Source: Lingula anatina (taxonomy: Eukaryota; Animalia; Brachiopoda). Taken from it: a DNA stretch of 64,000 bases. Positions 52,101 through 64,000 of this stretch are shown here, in pieces (position 1 is the stretch's first letter; every line of letters begins with the position of its first letter). The notes under the pieces were generated by a model that saw only the letters and a program-made list of their open reading frames with translations, did no database searches and was not told the DNA's origin. Made by a program: the position numbers and the translations under genes. The DNA lies in the NCBI GenBank assembly GCA_051362555.1, contig JBPQGU010000016.1:4960001-5024000 (forward strand), given 5' to 3'.

Positions 52101-55100
52101 ACTCTTCCAGCACTTTATTCTTACTACAAATGACCGAACACACCTACCTGACACTATAACGAAGAAAAAAATTTTTCATCCCTACCTGGCCAAAATTGAA
52201 GAAATCTCACAGTGCCGGCACTGTTCAAAATCACTCAAAATCACCAAAAATCGACCCGTCTCCGATTTTTCCAAAAAGTGACGAAAATCAATCTACCACA
52301 CCTGTCATTCATAAAAAATGTGGAAACGCGCCCGGGTCACTTCATCAAGGCCCCCAATTCTAGCTTTAAAGATGATCCAAAAATGAGCTCTGAGAACAGA
52401 ATCTGAGAGGGGGGGGGGGGGAGACACAGTTTTTGCTCTATTTCTTCCTTAATGATGACACCACCACTCTTCCAGCACTTTATTCTTACTACAAATGACC
52501 GAACACACCTACCTGACACTATAACGAAGAAAAAAATTTTTCATCCCTACCTGGCCAAAATTGAAGAAATCTCACAGTGCCGGCACTGTTCAAAATCACT
52601 CAAAATCACCAAAAATCGACCCGTCTCCGATTTTTCCAAAAAGTGACGAAAATCAATCTACCACAACTGTCATTCATAAAAAATGTGGAAACGCGCCCGG
52701 GTCACTTCATCAAGGCCCCCAATTCTAGCTTTAAAGATGATCCAAAAATGAGCTCTGAGAACAGAATCTGAGAGGGGGGGGGGGGGGGGGGAGACACAGT
52801 TTTTGCTCTATTTCTTCCTTAATGATGACACCACCACTCTTCCAGCACTTTATTCTTACTACAAATGACCGAACACACCTACCTGACACTATAACGAAGA
52901 AAAAAATTTTTCATCCCTACCTGGCCAAAATTGAAGAAATCTCACAGTGCCGGCACTGTTCAAAATCACTCAAAATCACCAAAAATCGACCCGTCTCCGA
53001 TTTTTCCAAAAAGTGACGAAAATCAATCTACCACACCTGTCATTCATAAAAAATGTGGAAACGCGCCCGGGTCACTTCATCAAGGCCCCCAATTCTAGCT
53101 TTAAAGATGATCCAAAAATGAGCTCTGAGAACAGAATCTGAGAGGGGGGGGGGGGAGACACAGTTTTTGCTCTATTTCTTCCTTAATGATGACACCACCA
53201 CTCTTCCAGCACTTTATTCTTACTACAAATGACCGAACACACCTACCTGACACTATAACGAAGAAAAAAATTTTTCATCCCTACCTGGCCAAAATTGAAG
53301 AAATCTCACAGTGCCGGCACTGTTCAAAATCACTCAAAATCACCAAAAATCGACCCGTCTCCGATTTTTCCAAAAAGTGACAAAAATCAATCTACCACAC
53401 CTGTCATTCATAAAAAATGTGGAAACGCGCCCGGGTCACTTCATCAAGGCCCCCAATTCTAGCTTTAAAGATGATCCAAAAATGAGCTCTGAGAACAGAA
53501 TCTGAGAGGGGGGGGGGGGGAGACACAGTTTTTGCTCTATTTCTTCCTTAATGATGACACCACCACTCTTCCAGCACTTTATTCTTACTACAAATGACCG
53601 AACACACCTACCTGACACTATAACGAAGAAAAAAATTTTTCATCCCTACCTGGCCAAAATTGAAGAAATCTCACAGTGCCGGCACTGTTCAAAATCACTC
53701 AAAATCACCAAAAATCGACCCGTCTCCGATTTTTCCAAAAAGTGACGAAAATCAATCTACCACACCTGTCATTCATAAAAAATGTGGAAACGCGCCCGGG
53801 TCACTTCATCAAGGCCCCCAATTCTAGCTTTAAAGATGATCCAAAAATGAGCTCTGAGAACAGAATCTGAGAGGGGGGGGGGGGGGGAGACACAGTTTTT
53901 GCTCTATTTCTTCCTTAATGATGACACCACCACTCTTCCAGCACTTTATTCTTACTACAAATGACCGAACACACCTACCTGACACTATAACGAAGAAAAA
54001 AATTTTTCATCCCTACCTGGCCAAAATTGAAGAAATCTCACAGTGCCGGCACTGTTCAAAATCACTCAAAATCACCAAAAATCGACCCGTCTCCGATTTT
54101 TCCAAAAAGTGACGAAAATCAATCTACCACACCTGTCATTCATAAAAAATGTGGAAACGCGCCCGGGTCACTTCATCAAGGCCCCCAATTCTAGCTTTAA
54201 AGATGATCCAAAAATGAGCTCTGAGAACAGAATCTGAGAGGGGGGGGGGGGGGAGACAGTTTTTGCTCTATTTCTTCCTTAATGATGACACCACCACTCT
54301 TCCAGCACTTTATTCTTACTACAAATGACCGAACACACCTACCTGACACTATAACGAAGAAAAAAATTTTTCATCCCTACCTGGCCAAAATTGAAGAAAT
54401 CTCACAGTGCCGGCACTGTTCAAAATCACTCAAAATCACCAAAAATCGACCCGTCTCCGATTTTTCCAAAAAGTGACGAAAATCAATCTACCACACCTGT
54501 CATTCATAAAAAATGTGGAAACGCGCCCGGGTCACTTCATCAAGGCCCCCAATTCTAGCTTTAAAGATGATCCAAAAATGAGCTCTGAGAACAGAATCTG
54601 AGAGGGGGGGGGGGGGAGACACAGTTTTTGCTCTATTTCTTCCTTAATGATGACACCACCACTCTTCCAGCACTTTATTCTTACTACAAATGACCGAACA
54701 CACCTACCTGACACTATAACGAAGAAAAAAATTTTTCATCCCTACCTGGCCAAAATTGAAGAAATCTCACAGTGCCGGCACTGTTCAAAATCACTCAAAA
54801 TCACCAAAAATCGACCCGTCTCCGATTTTTCCAAAAAGTGACGAAAATCAATCTACCACACCTGTCATTCATAAAAAATGTGGAAACGCGCCCGGGTCAC
54901 TTCATCAAGGCCCCCAATTCTAGCTTTAAAGATGATCCAAAAATGAGCTCTGAGAACAGAATCTGAGAGGGGGGGGGGGGAGACACAGTTTTTGCTCTAT
55001 TTCTTCCTTAATGATGACACCACCACTCTTCCAGCACTTTATTCTTACTACAAATGACCGAACACACCTACCTGACACTATAACGAAGAAAAAAATTTTT

Positions 55101-58100
55101 CATCCCTACCTGGCCAAAATTGCCGTCTCCGATTTTTCCAAAAAGTGACGAAAATCAATCTACCACACCTGTCATTCATAAAAAATGTGGAAACGCGCCC
55201 GGGTCACTTCATCAAGGCCCCCAATTCTAGCTTTAAAGATAATCCAAAAATGAGCTCTGAGAACAGAATCTGAGAGGGGGGGGGGGAGACACAGTTTTTG
55301 CTCTATTTCTTCCTTAATGATGACACCACCACTCTTCCAGCACTTTATTCTTACTACAAATGACCGAACACACCTACCTGACACTATAACGAAGAAAAAA
55401 ATTTTTCATCCCTACCTGGCCAAAATTGAAGAAATCTCACAGTGCCGGCACTGTTCAAAATCACTCAAAATCACCAAAAATCGACCCGTCTCCGATTTTT
55501 CCAAAAAGTGACGAAAATCAATCTACCACACCTGTCATTCATAAAAAATGTGGAAACGCGCCCGGGTCACTTCATCAAGGCCCCCAATTCTAGCTTTAAA
55601 GATGATCCAAAAATGAGCTCTGAGAACAGAATCTGAGAGGGGGGGGGGGAGACAAAGTTTTTGCTCTATTTCTTCCTTAATGATGACACCACCACTCTTC
55701 CAGCACTTTATTCTTACTACAAATGACCGAACACACCTACCTGACACTATAACGAAGAAAAAAATTTTTCATCCCTACCTGGCCAAAATTGAAGAAATCT
55801 CACAGTGCCGGCACTGTTCAAAATCACTCAAAATCACCAAAAATCGACCCGTCTCCGATTTTTCCAAAAAGTGACGAAAATCAATCTACCACACCTGTCA
55901 TTCATAAAAAATGTGGAAACGCGCCCGGGTCACTTCATCAAGGCCCCCAATTCTAGCTTTAAAGATGATCCAAAAATGAGCTCTGAGAACAGAATCTGAG
56001 AGGGGGGGGGGGAGACACAGTTTTTGCTCTATTTCTTCCTTAATGATGACACCACCACTCTTCCAGCACTTTATTCTTACTACAAATGACCGAACACACC
56101 TACCTGACACTATAACGAAGAAAAAAATTTTTCATCCCTACCTGGCCAAAATTGAAGAAATCTCACAGTGCCGGCACTGTTCAAAATCACTCAAAATCAC
56201 CAAAAATCGACCCGTCTCCGATTTTTCCAAAAAGTGACGAAAATCAATCTACCACACCTGTCATTCATAAAAAATGTGGAAACGCGCCCGGGTCACTTCA
56301 TCAAGGCCCCCAATTCTAGCTTTAAAGATGATCCAAAAATGAGCTCTGAGAACAGAATCTGAGAGGGGGGGGGGGAGACACAGTTTTTGCTCTATTTCTT
56401 CCTTAATGATGACACCACCACTCTTCCAGCACTTTATTCTTACTACAAATGACCAAACACACCTACCTGACACTATAACGAAGAAAAAAATTTTTCATCC
56501 CTACCTGGCCAAAATTGAAGAAATCTCACAGTGCCGGCACTGTTCAAAATTACTCAAAATCACCAAAAATCGACCCGTCTCCGATTTTTCCAAAAAGTGA
56601 CGAAAATCAATCTACCACACCTGTCATTCATAAAAAATGTGGAAACGCGCCCGGGTCACTTCATCAAGGCCCCCAATTCTAGCTTTAAAGATGATCCAAA
56701 AATGAGCTCTGAGAACAGAATCTGAGAGGGGGGGGGGAGACACAGTTTTTGCTCTATTTCTTCCTTAATGATGACACCACCACTCTTCCAGCACTTTATT
56801 CTTACTACAAATGACCGAACACACCTACCTGACACTATAACGAAGAAAAAAATTTTTCATCCCTACCTGGCCAAAATTGAAGAAATCTCACAGTGCCGGC
56901 ACTGTTCAAAATCACTCAAAATCACCAAAAATCGACCCGTCTCCGATTTTTCCAAAAAGTGACGAAAATCAATCTACCACACCTGTCATTCATAAAAAAT
57001 GTGGAAACGCGCCCGGGTCACTTCATCAAGGCCCCCAATTCTAGCTTTAAAGATGATCCAAAAATGAGCTCTGAGAACAGAATCTGAGAGGGGGGGGGGA
57101 GACACAGTTTTTGCTCTATTTCTTCCTTAATGATGACACCACCACTCTTCCAGCACTTTATTCTTACTACAAATGACCGAACACACCTACCTGACACTAT
57201 AACGAAGAAAAAAATTTTTCATCCCTACCTGGCCAAAATTGAAGAAATCTCACAGTGCCGGCACTGTTCAAAATCACTCAAAATCACCAAAAATCGACCC
57301 GTCTCCGATTTTTCCAAAAAGTGACGAAAATCAATCTACCACACCTGTCATTCATAAAAAATGTGGAAACGCGCCCGGGTCACTTCATCAAGGCCCCCAA
57401 TTCTAGCTTTAAAGATGATCCAAAAATGAGCTCTGAGAACAGAATCTGAGAGGGGGGGGGGGAGACACAGTTTTTGCTCTATTTCTTCCTTAATGATGAC
57501 ACCACCACTCTTCCAGCACTTTATTCTTACTACAAATGACCGAACACACCTACCTGACACTATAACGAAGAAAAAAATTTTTCATCCCTACCTGGCCAAA
57601 ATTGAAGAAATCTCACAGTGCCGGCACTGTTCAAAATCACTCAAAATCACCAAAAATCGACCCGTCTCCGATTTTTCCAAAAAGTGACGAAAATCAATCT
57701 ACCACACCTGTCATTCATAAAAAATGTGGAAACGCGCCCGGGTCACTTCATCAAGGCCCCCAATTCTAGCTTTAAAGATGATCCAAAAATGAGCTCTGAG
57801 AACAGAATCTGAGAGGGGGGGGGGGAGACACAGTTTTTGCTCTATTTCTTCCTTAATGATGACACCACCACTCTTCCAGCACTTTATTCTTACTACAAAT
57901 GACCGAACACACCTACCTGACACTATAACGAAGAAAAAAATTTTTCATCCCTACCTGGCCAAAATTGAAGAAATCTCACAGTGCCGGCACTGTTCAAAAT
58001 CACTCAAAATCACCAAAAATCGACCCGTCTCCGATTTTTCCAAAAAGTGACGAAAATCAATCTACCACACCTGTCATTCATAAAAAATGTGGAAACGCGC

Positions 58101-61100
58101 CCGGGTCACTTCATCAAGGCCCCCAATTCTAGCTTTAAAGATGATCCAAAAATGAGCTCTGAGAACAGAATCTGAGAGGGGGGGGGGGAGACACAGTTTT
58201 TGCTCTATTTCTTCCTTAATGATGACACCACCACTCTTCCAGCACTTTATTCTTACTACAAATGACCGAACACACCTACCTGACACTATAACGAAGAAAA
58301 AAATTTTTCATCCCTACCTGGCCAAAATTGAAGAAATCTCACAGTGCCGGCACTGTTCAAAATCACTCAAAATCACCAAAAATCGACCCGTCTCCGATTT
58401 TTCCAAAATGTGACGAAAATCAATCTACCACACCTGTCATTCATAAAAAATGTGGAAACGCGCCCGGGTCACTTCATCAAGGCCCCCAATTCTAGCTTTA
58501 AAGATGATCCAAAAATGAGCTCTGAGAACAGAATCTGAGAGTGGGGGGGGGAGACACAGTTTTTGCTCTATTTCTTCCTTAATGATGACACCACCACTCT
58601 TCCAGCACTTTATTCTTACTACAAATGACCGAACACACCTACCTGACACTATAACGAAGAAAAAAATTTTTCATCCCTACCTGGCCAAAATTGAAGAAAT
58701 CTCACAGTGCCGGCACTGTTCAAAATCACTCAAAATCACCAAAAATCGACCCGTCTCCGATTTTTCCAAAAAGTGACGAAAATCAATCTACCACACCTGT
58801 CATTCATAAAAAATGTGGAAACGCGCCCGGGTCACTTCATCAAGGCCCCCAATTCTAGCTTTAAAGATGATCCAAAAATGAGCTCTGAGAACAGAATCTG
58901 AGAGGGGGGGGGGGAGACACAGTTTTTGCTCTATTTCTTCCTTAATGATGACACCACCACTCTTCCAGCACTTTATTCTTACTACAAATGACCGAACACA
59001 CCTACCTGACACTATAACGAAGAAAAAAATTTTTCATCCCTACCTGGCCAAAATTGAAGAAATCTCACAGTGCCGGCACTGTTCAAAATCACTCAAAATC
59101 ACCAAAAATCGACCCGTCTCCGATTTTTCCAAAAAGTGACGAAAATCAATCTACCACACCTGTCATTCATAAAAAATGTGGAAACGCGCCCGGGTCACTT
59201 CATCAAGGCCCCCAATTCTAGCTTTAAAGATGATCCAAAAATGAGCTCTGAGAACAGAATCTGAGAGGGGGGGGCGGAGACACAGTTTTTGCTCTATTTC
59301 TAACTTAATGATGACACCACCACTCTTCCAGCACTTTATTCTTACTACAAATGACCGAACACACCTACCTGACACTATAACGAAGAAAAAAATTTTTCAT
59401 CCCTACCTGGCCAAAATTGAAGAAATCTCACAGTGCCGGCACTGTTCAAAATCACTCAAAATCACCAAAAATCGACCCGTCTCCGATTTTTCCAAAAAGT
59501 GACGAAAATCAATCTACCACACCTGTCATTCATAAAAAATGTGGAAACGCGCCCGGGTCACTTCATCAAGGCCCCCAATTCTAGCTTTAAAGATGATCCA
59601 AAAATGAGCTCTGAGAACAGAATCTGAGAGGGGGGGGAGGGGAGACACAGTTTTTGCTCTATTTCTTCCTTAATGATGACACCACCACTCTTCCAGCACT
59701 TTATTCTTACTACAAATGACCGAACACACCTACCTGACACTATAACGAAGAAAAAAATTTTTCATCCCTACCTGGCCAAAATTGAAGAAATCTCACAGTG
59801 CCGGCACTGTTCAAAATCACTCAAAATCACCAAAAATCGACCCGTCTCCGATTTTTCCAAAAAGTGACGAAAATCAATCTACCACACCTGTCATTCATAA
59901 AAAATGTGGAAACGCGCCCGGGTCACTTCATCAAGGCCCCCAATTCTAGCTTTAAAGATGATCCAAAAATGAGCTCTGAGAACAGAATCTGAGAGGGGGG
60001 GGGGGGAGACACAGTTTTTGCTCTATTTCTTCCTTAATGATGACACCACCACTCTTCCAGCACTTTATTCTTACTACAAATGACCGAACACACCTACCTG
60101 ACACTATAACGAAGAAAAAAATTTTTCATCCCTACCTGGCCAAAATTGAAGAAATCTCACAGTGCCGGCACTGTTCAAAATCACTCAAAATCACCAAAAA
60201 TCGACCCGTCTCCGATTTTTCCAAAAAGTGACGAAAATCAATCTACCACACCTGTCATTCATAAAAAATGTGGAAACGCGCCCGGGTCACTTCATCAAGG
60301 CCCCAATTCTAGCTTTAAAGATGATCCAAAAATGAGCTCTGAGAACAGAATCTGAGAGGGGGGGGGGGGGAGACACAGTTTTTGCTCTATTTCTTCCTTA
60401 ATGATGACACCACCACTCTTCCAGCACTTTATTCTTACTACAAATGACCGAACACACCTACCTGACACTATAACGAAGAAAAAAATTTTTCATCCCTACC
60501 TGGCCAAATTGAAGAAATCTCACAGTGCGGCACTGTTCAAAATCACTCAAAATCACCAAAAATCGACCCGTCTCCGATTTTTCCAAAAAGTGACGAAAAT
60601 CAATCTACCACACCTGTCATTCATAAAAAATATGGAAACGCGCCCGGGTCACTTCATCAAGGCCCCCAATTCTAGCTTTAAAGATGATCCAAAAATGAGC
60701 TCTGAGAACAGAATCTGAGAGGGGGGGGGGGGAGACACAGTTTTTGCTCTATTTCTTCCTTAATGATGGACACCACCACTCTTCCAGCACTTTATTCTTA
60801 CTACAAATGACCGAACACACCTACCTGACACTATAACGAAGAAAAAAATTTTTCATCCCTACCTGGCCAAAATTGAAGAAATCTCACAGTGCCGGCACTG
60901 TTCAAAATCACTCAAAATCACCAAAAATCGACCCGTCTCCGATTTTTCCAAAAAGTGACGAAAATCAATCTACCACACCTGTCATTCATAAAAAATGTGG
61001 AAACGCGCCCGGGTCACTTCATCAAGGCCCCCAATTCTAGCTTTAAAGATGATCCAAAAATGAGCTCTGAGAACAGAATCTGAGAGGGGGGGGGGGGAGA

Positions 61101-64000
61101 CACAGTTTTTGCTCTATTTCTTCCTTAATGATGACACCACCACTCTTCCAGCACTTTATTCTTACTACAAATGACCGAACACACCTACCAGACACTATAA
61201 CGAAGAAAAAAATTTTTCATCCCTACCTGGCCAAAATTGAAGAAATCTCACAGTGCCGGCACTGTTCAAAATCACTCAAAATCACCAAAAATCGACCCGT
61301 CTCCGATTTTCCAAAAAGTGACGAAAATCAATCTACCACACCTGTCATTCATAAAAAATGTGGAAACGCGCCCGGGGTCACTTCATCAAGGCCCCCAATT
61401 CTAGCTTTAAAGATGATCCAAAAATGAGCTCTGAGAACAGAATCTGAGAGGGGGGGGGGGGGAGACACAGTTTTTGCTCTATTTCTTCCTTAATGATGAC
61501 ACCACCACTCTTCCAGCACTTTATTCTTACTACAAATGACCGAACACACCTACCTGACACTATAACGAAGAAAAAAATTTTTCATCCCTACCTGGCCAAA
61601 ATTGAAGAAATCTCACAGTGCCGGCACTGTTCAAAATCACTCAAAATCACCAAAAATCGACCCGTCTCCGATTTTTCCAAAAAGTGACGAAAATCAATCT
61701 ACCACACCTGTCATTCATAAAAAATGTGGAAACGCGCCCGGGTCACTTCATCAAGGCCCCCAATTCTAGCTTTAAAGATGATCCAAAAATGAGCTCTGAG
61801 AACAGAATCTGAGAGGGGGGGGGGGGAGACACAGTTTTTGCTCTATTTCTTCCTTAATGATGACACCACCACTCTTCCAGCACTTTATTCTTACTACAAA
61901 TGACCGAACACACCTACCTGACACTATAACGAAGAAAAAAATTTTTCATCCCTACCTGGCCAAAATTGAAGAAATCTCACAGTGCCGGCACTGTTCAAAA
62001 TCACTCAAAATCACCAAAAATCGACCCGTCTCCGATTTTTCCAAAAAGTGACGAAAATCAATCTACCACACCTGTCATTCATAAAAAATGTGGAAACGCG
62101 CCCGGGTCACTTCATCAAGGGCCCCCAATTCTAGCTTTAAAGATGATCCAAAAATGAGCTCTGAGAACAGAATCTGAGAGGGGGGGGGGGGGGAGACACA
62201 GTTTTTGCTCTATTTCTTCCTTAATGATGACACCACCACTCTTCCAGCACTTTATTCTTACTACAAATGACCGAACACACCTACCTGACACTATAACGAA
62301 GAAAAAAATTTTCATCCCTACCTGCCAAAATTGAAGAAATCTCACAGTGCCGGCACTGTTCAAAATCACTCAAAATCACCAAAAATCGACCCGTCTCCGA
62401 TTTTTCCAAAAAGTGACGAAAATCAATCTACCACACCTGTCATTCATAAAAAATGTGGAAACGCGCCCGGGTCACTTCATCAAGGCCCCCAATTCTAGCT
62501 TTAAAGATGATCCAAAAATGAGCTCTGAGAACAGAATCTGAGAGGGGGGGGGGGGGGAGACACAGTTTTTGCTCTATTTCTTCCTTAATGATGACACCAC
62601 CACTCTTCCAGCACTTTATTCTTACTACAAATGACCGAACACACCTACCTGACACTATAACGAAGAAAAAAATTTTTCATCCCTACCTGGCCAAATTGAA
62701 GAAATCTCACAGTGCCGGCACTGTTCAAAATCACTCAAAATCACCAAAATCGACCCGTCTCCGATTTTTCAAAAAGTGACGAAAATCAATCTACCACACC
62801 TGTCATTCATAAAAAATGTGGAAACGCGCCCGGGTCACTTCATCAAGGCCCCCAATTCTAGCTTAAAGATGATCCAAAAATGAGCTCTGAGAACAGAATC
62901 TGAGAGGGGGGGGGGGGAGACACAGTTTTTGCTCTATTTCTTCCTTAATGATGACACCACCACTCTTCCAGCACTTTATTCTTACTACAAATGACCGAAC
63001 ACACCTACCTGACACTATAACGAAGAAAAAATTTTTCATCCCTACCTGGCCAAAATTGAAGAAATCTCACAGTGCCGGCACTCTTCAAAATCACTCAAAA
63101 TCACCAAAAATCGACCCGTCTCCGATTTTTCCAAAAAGTGACGAAAATCAATCTACCACACCTGTCATTCATAAAAAATGTGGAAACGCGCCCGGTCACT
63201 TCATCAAGGCCCCCAATTCTAGCTTTAAAGATGATCAAAAATGAGCTCTGAGAACAGAATCTGAGAGGGGGGGGGGGGGAGACACAGTTTTTGCTCTATT
63301 TCTTTCTTAATGATGACACCACCACTCTTCCAGCACTTTATTCTTACTACAAATGACCGAACACACCTACCTGACACTATAACGAAGAAAAAAATTTTTC
63401 ATCCTACCTGGCCAAAATTGAAGAAATCTCACAGTGCCGGCACTGTTCAAAATCACTCAAAATCACCAAAAATCGACCCGTCTCCGATTTTTCCAAAAAG
63501 TGACGAAAATCAATCTACCACACCTGTCATTCATAAAAAATGTGGAAACGCGCCCGGGTCACTTCATCAAGGCCCCCAATTCTAGCTTTAAAGATGATCC
63601 AAAAATGAGCTCTGAGAACAGAATCTGAGAGGGGGGGGGGGGGGAGACACAGTTTTTGCTCTATTTCTTCCTTAATGATGACACCACCACTCTTCCAGCA
63701 CTTTATTCTTACTACAAATGACCGAACACACCTACCTGACACTATAACGAAGAAAAAAATTTTTCATCCCTACCTGGCCAAAATTGAAGAAATCTCACAG
63801 TGCCGGCACTGTTCAAAATCACTCAAAATCACCAAAAATCGACCCGTCTCCGATTTTTCCAAAAAGTGACGAAAATCAATCTACCACACCTGTCCATTCA
63901 TAAAAAATGTGGAAACGCGCCCGGGTCACTTCATCAAGGCCCCCAATTCTAGCTTTAAAGATGATCCAAAAATGAGCTCTGAGAACAGAATCTGAGAGGG
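37121..64000 (+). repeat. Satellite DNA array, right arm: about 74 copies of the same monomer in inverted orientation (modal 364-365 bp), running off the window
   Basis: Reverse complement of the left-arm unit with five fixed substitutions and a G10-G18 tract. Confidence 0.98.

Noticed and set aside
15032-64000. Hundreds of 60-106 aa ORFs (MLTPPLF..., MPALFK..., MSGRCV...) as a tandem gene array
   Set aside because: They overlap in several frames and on both strands, often use non-ATG starts and show no recognisable domain. They appear or vanish with homopolymer length.
15032-64000. CRISPR-like array built on the 16-bp palindrome
   Set aside because: The intervening sequences are near-identical rather than unique spacers, there are no cas genes, and the context is eukaryotic.

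Overview
Eukaryotic, repeat-dominated DNA with no intact protein-coding gene. The GT-AG introns and the kinds of transposon present suggest a marine invertebrate such as a bivalve (inference). Bases 1-15031 are a transposon graveyard. It holds two convergent, decayed DIRS-order tyrosine-recombinase retrotransposons and a spliced Kolobok-like DDE transposase pseudogene. It also holds MITE and Helentron-like fragments, a 34-bp minisatellite and simple repeats. Bases 15032-64000 are a very homogeneous 362-365 bp satellite (about 135 copies) that flips orientation at 37121, exactly at a 16-bp palindrome carried by the monomer. The two arms are separately homogenised, with five fixed differences and different homopolymer lengths. 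Nearly all ORFs in the track are artefacts of this satellite. The most interesting observations are the palindrome-centred inversion, the clustering of breakpoints at that palindrome, and a ~125-bp non-coding module with a covarying stem found downstream of both retrotransposons.
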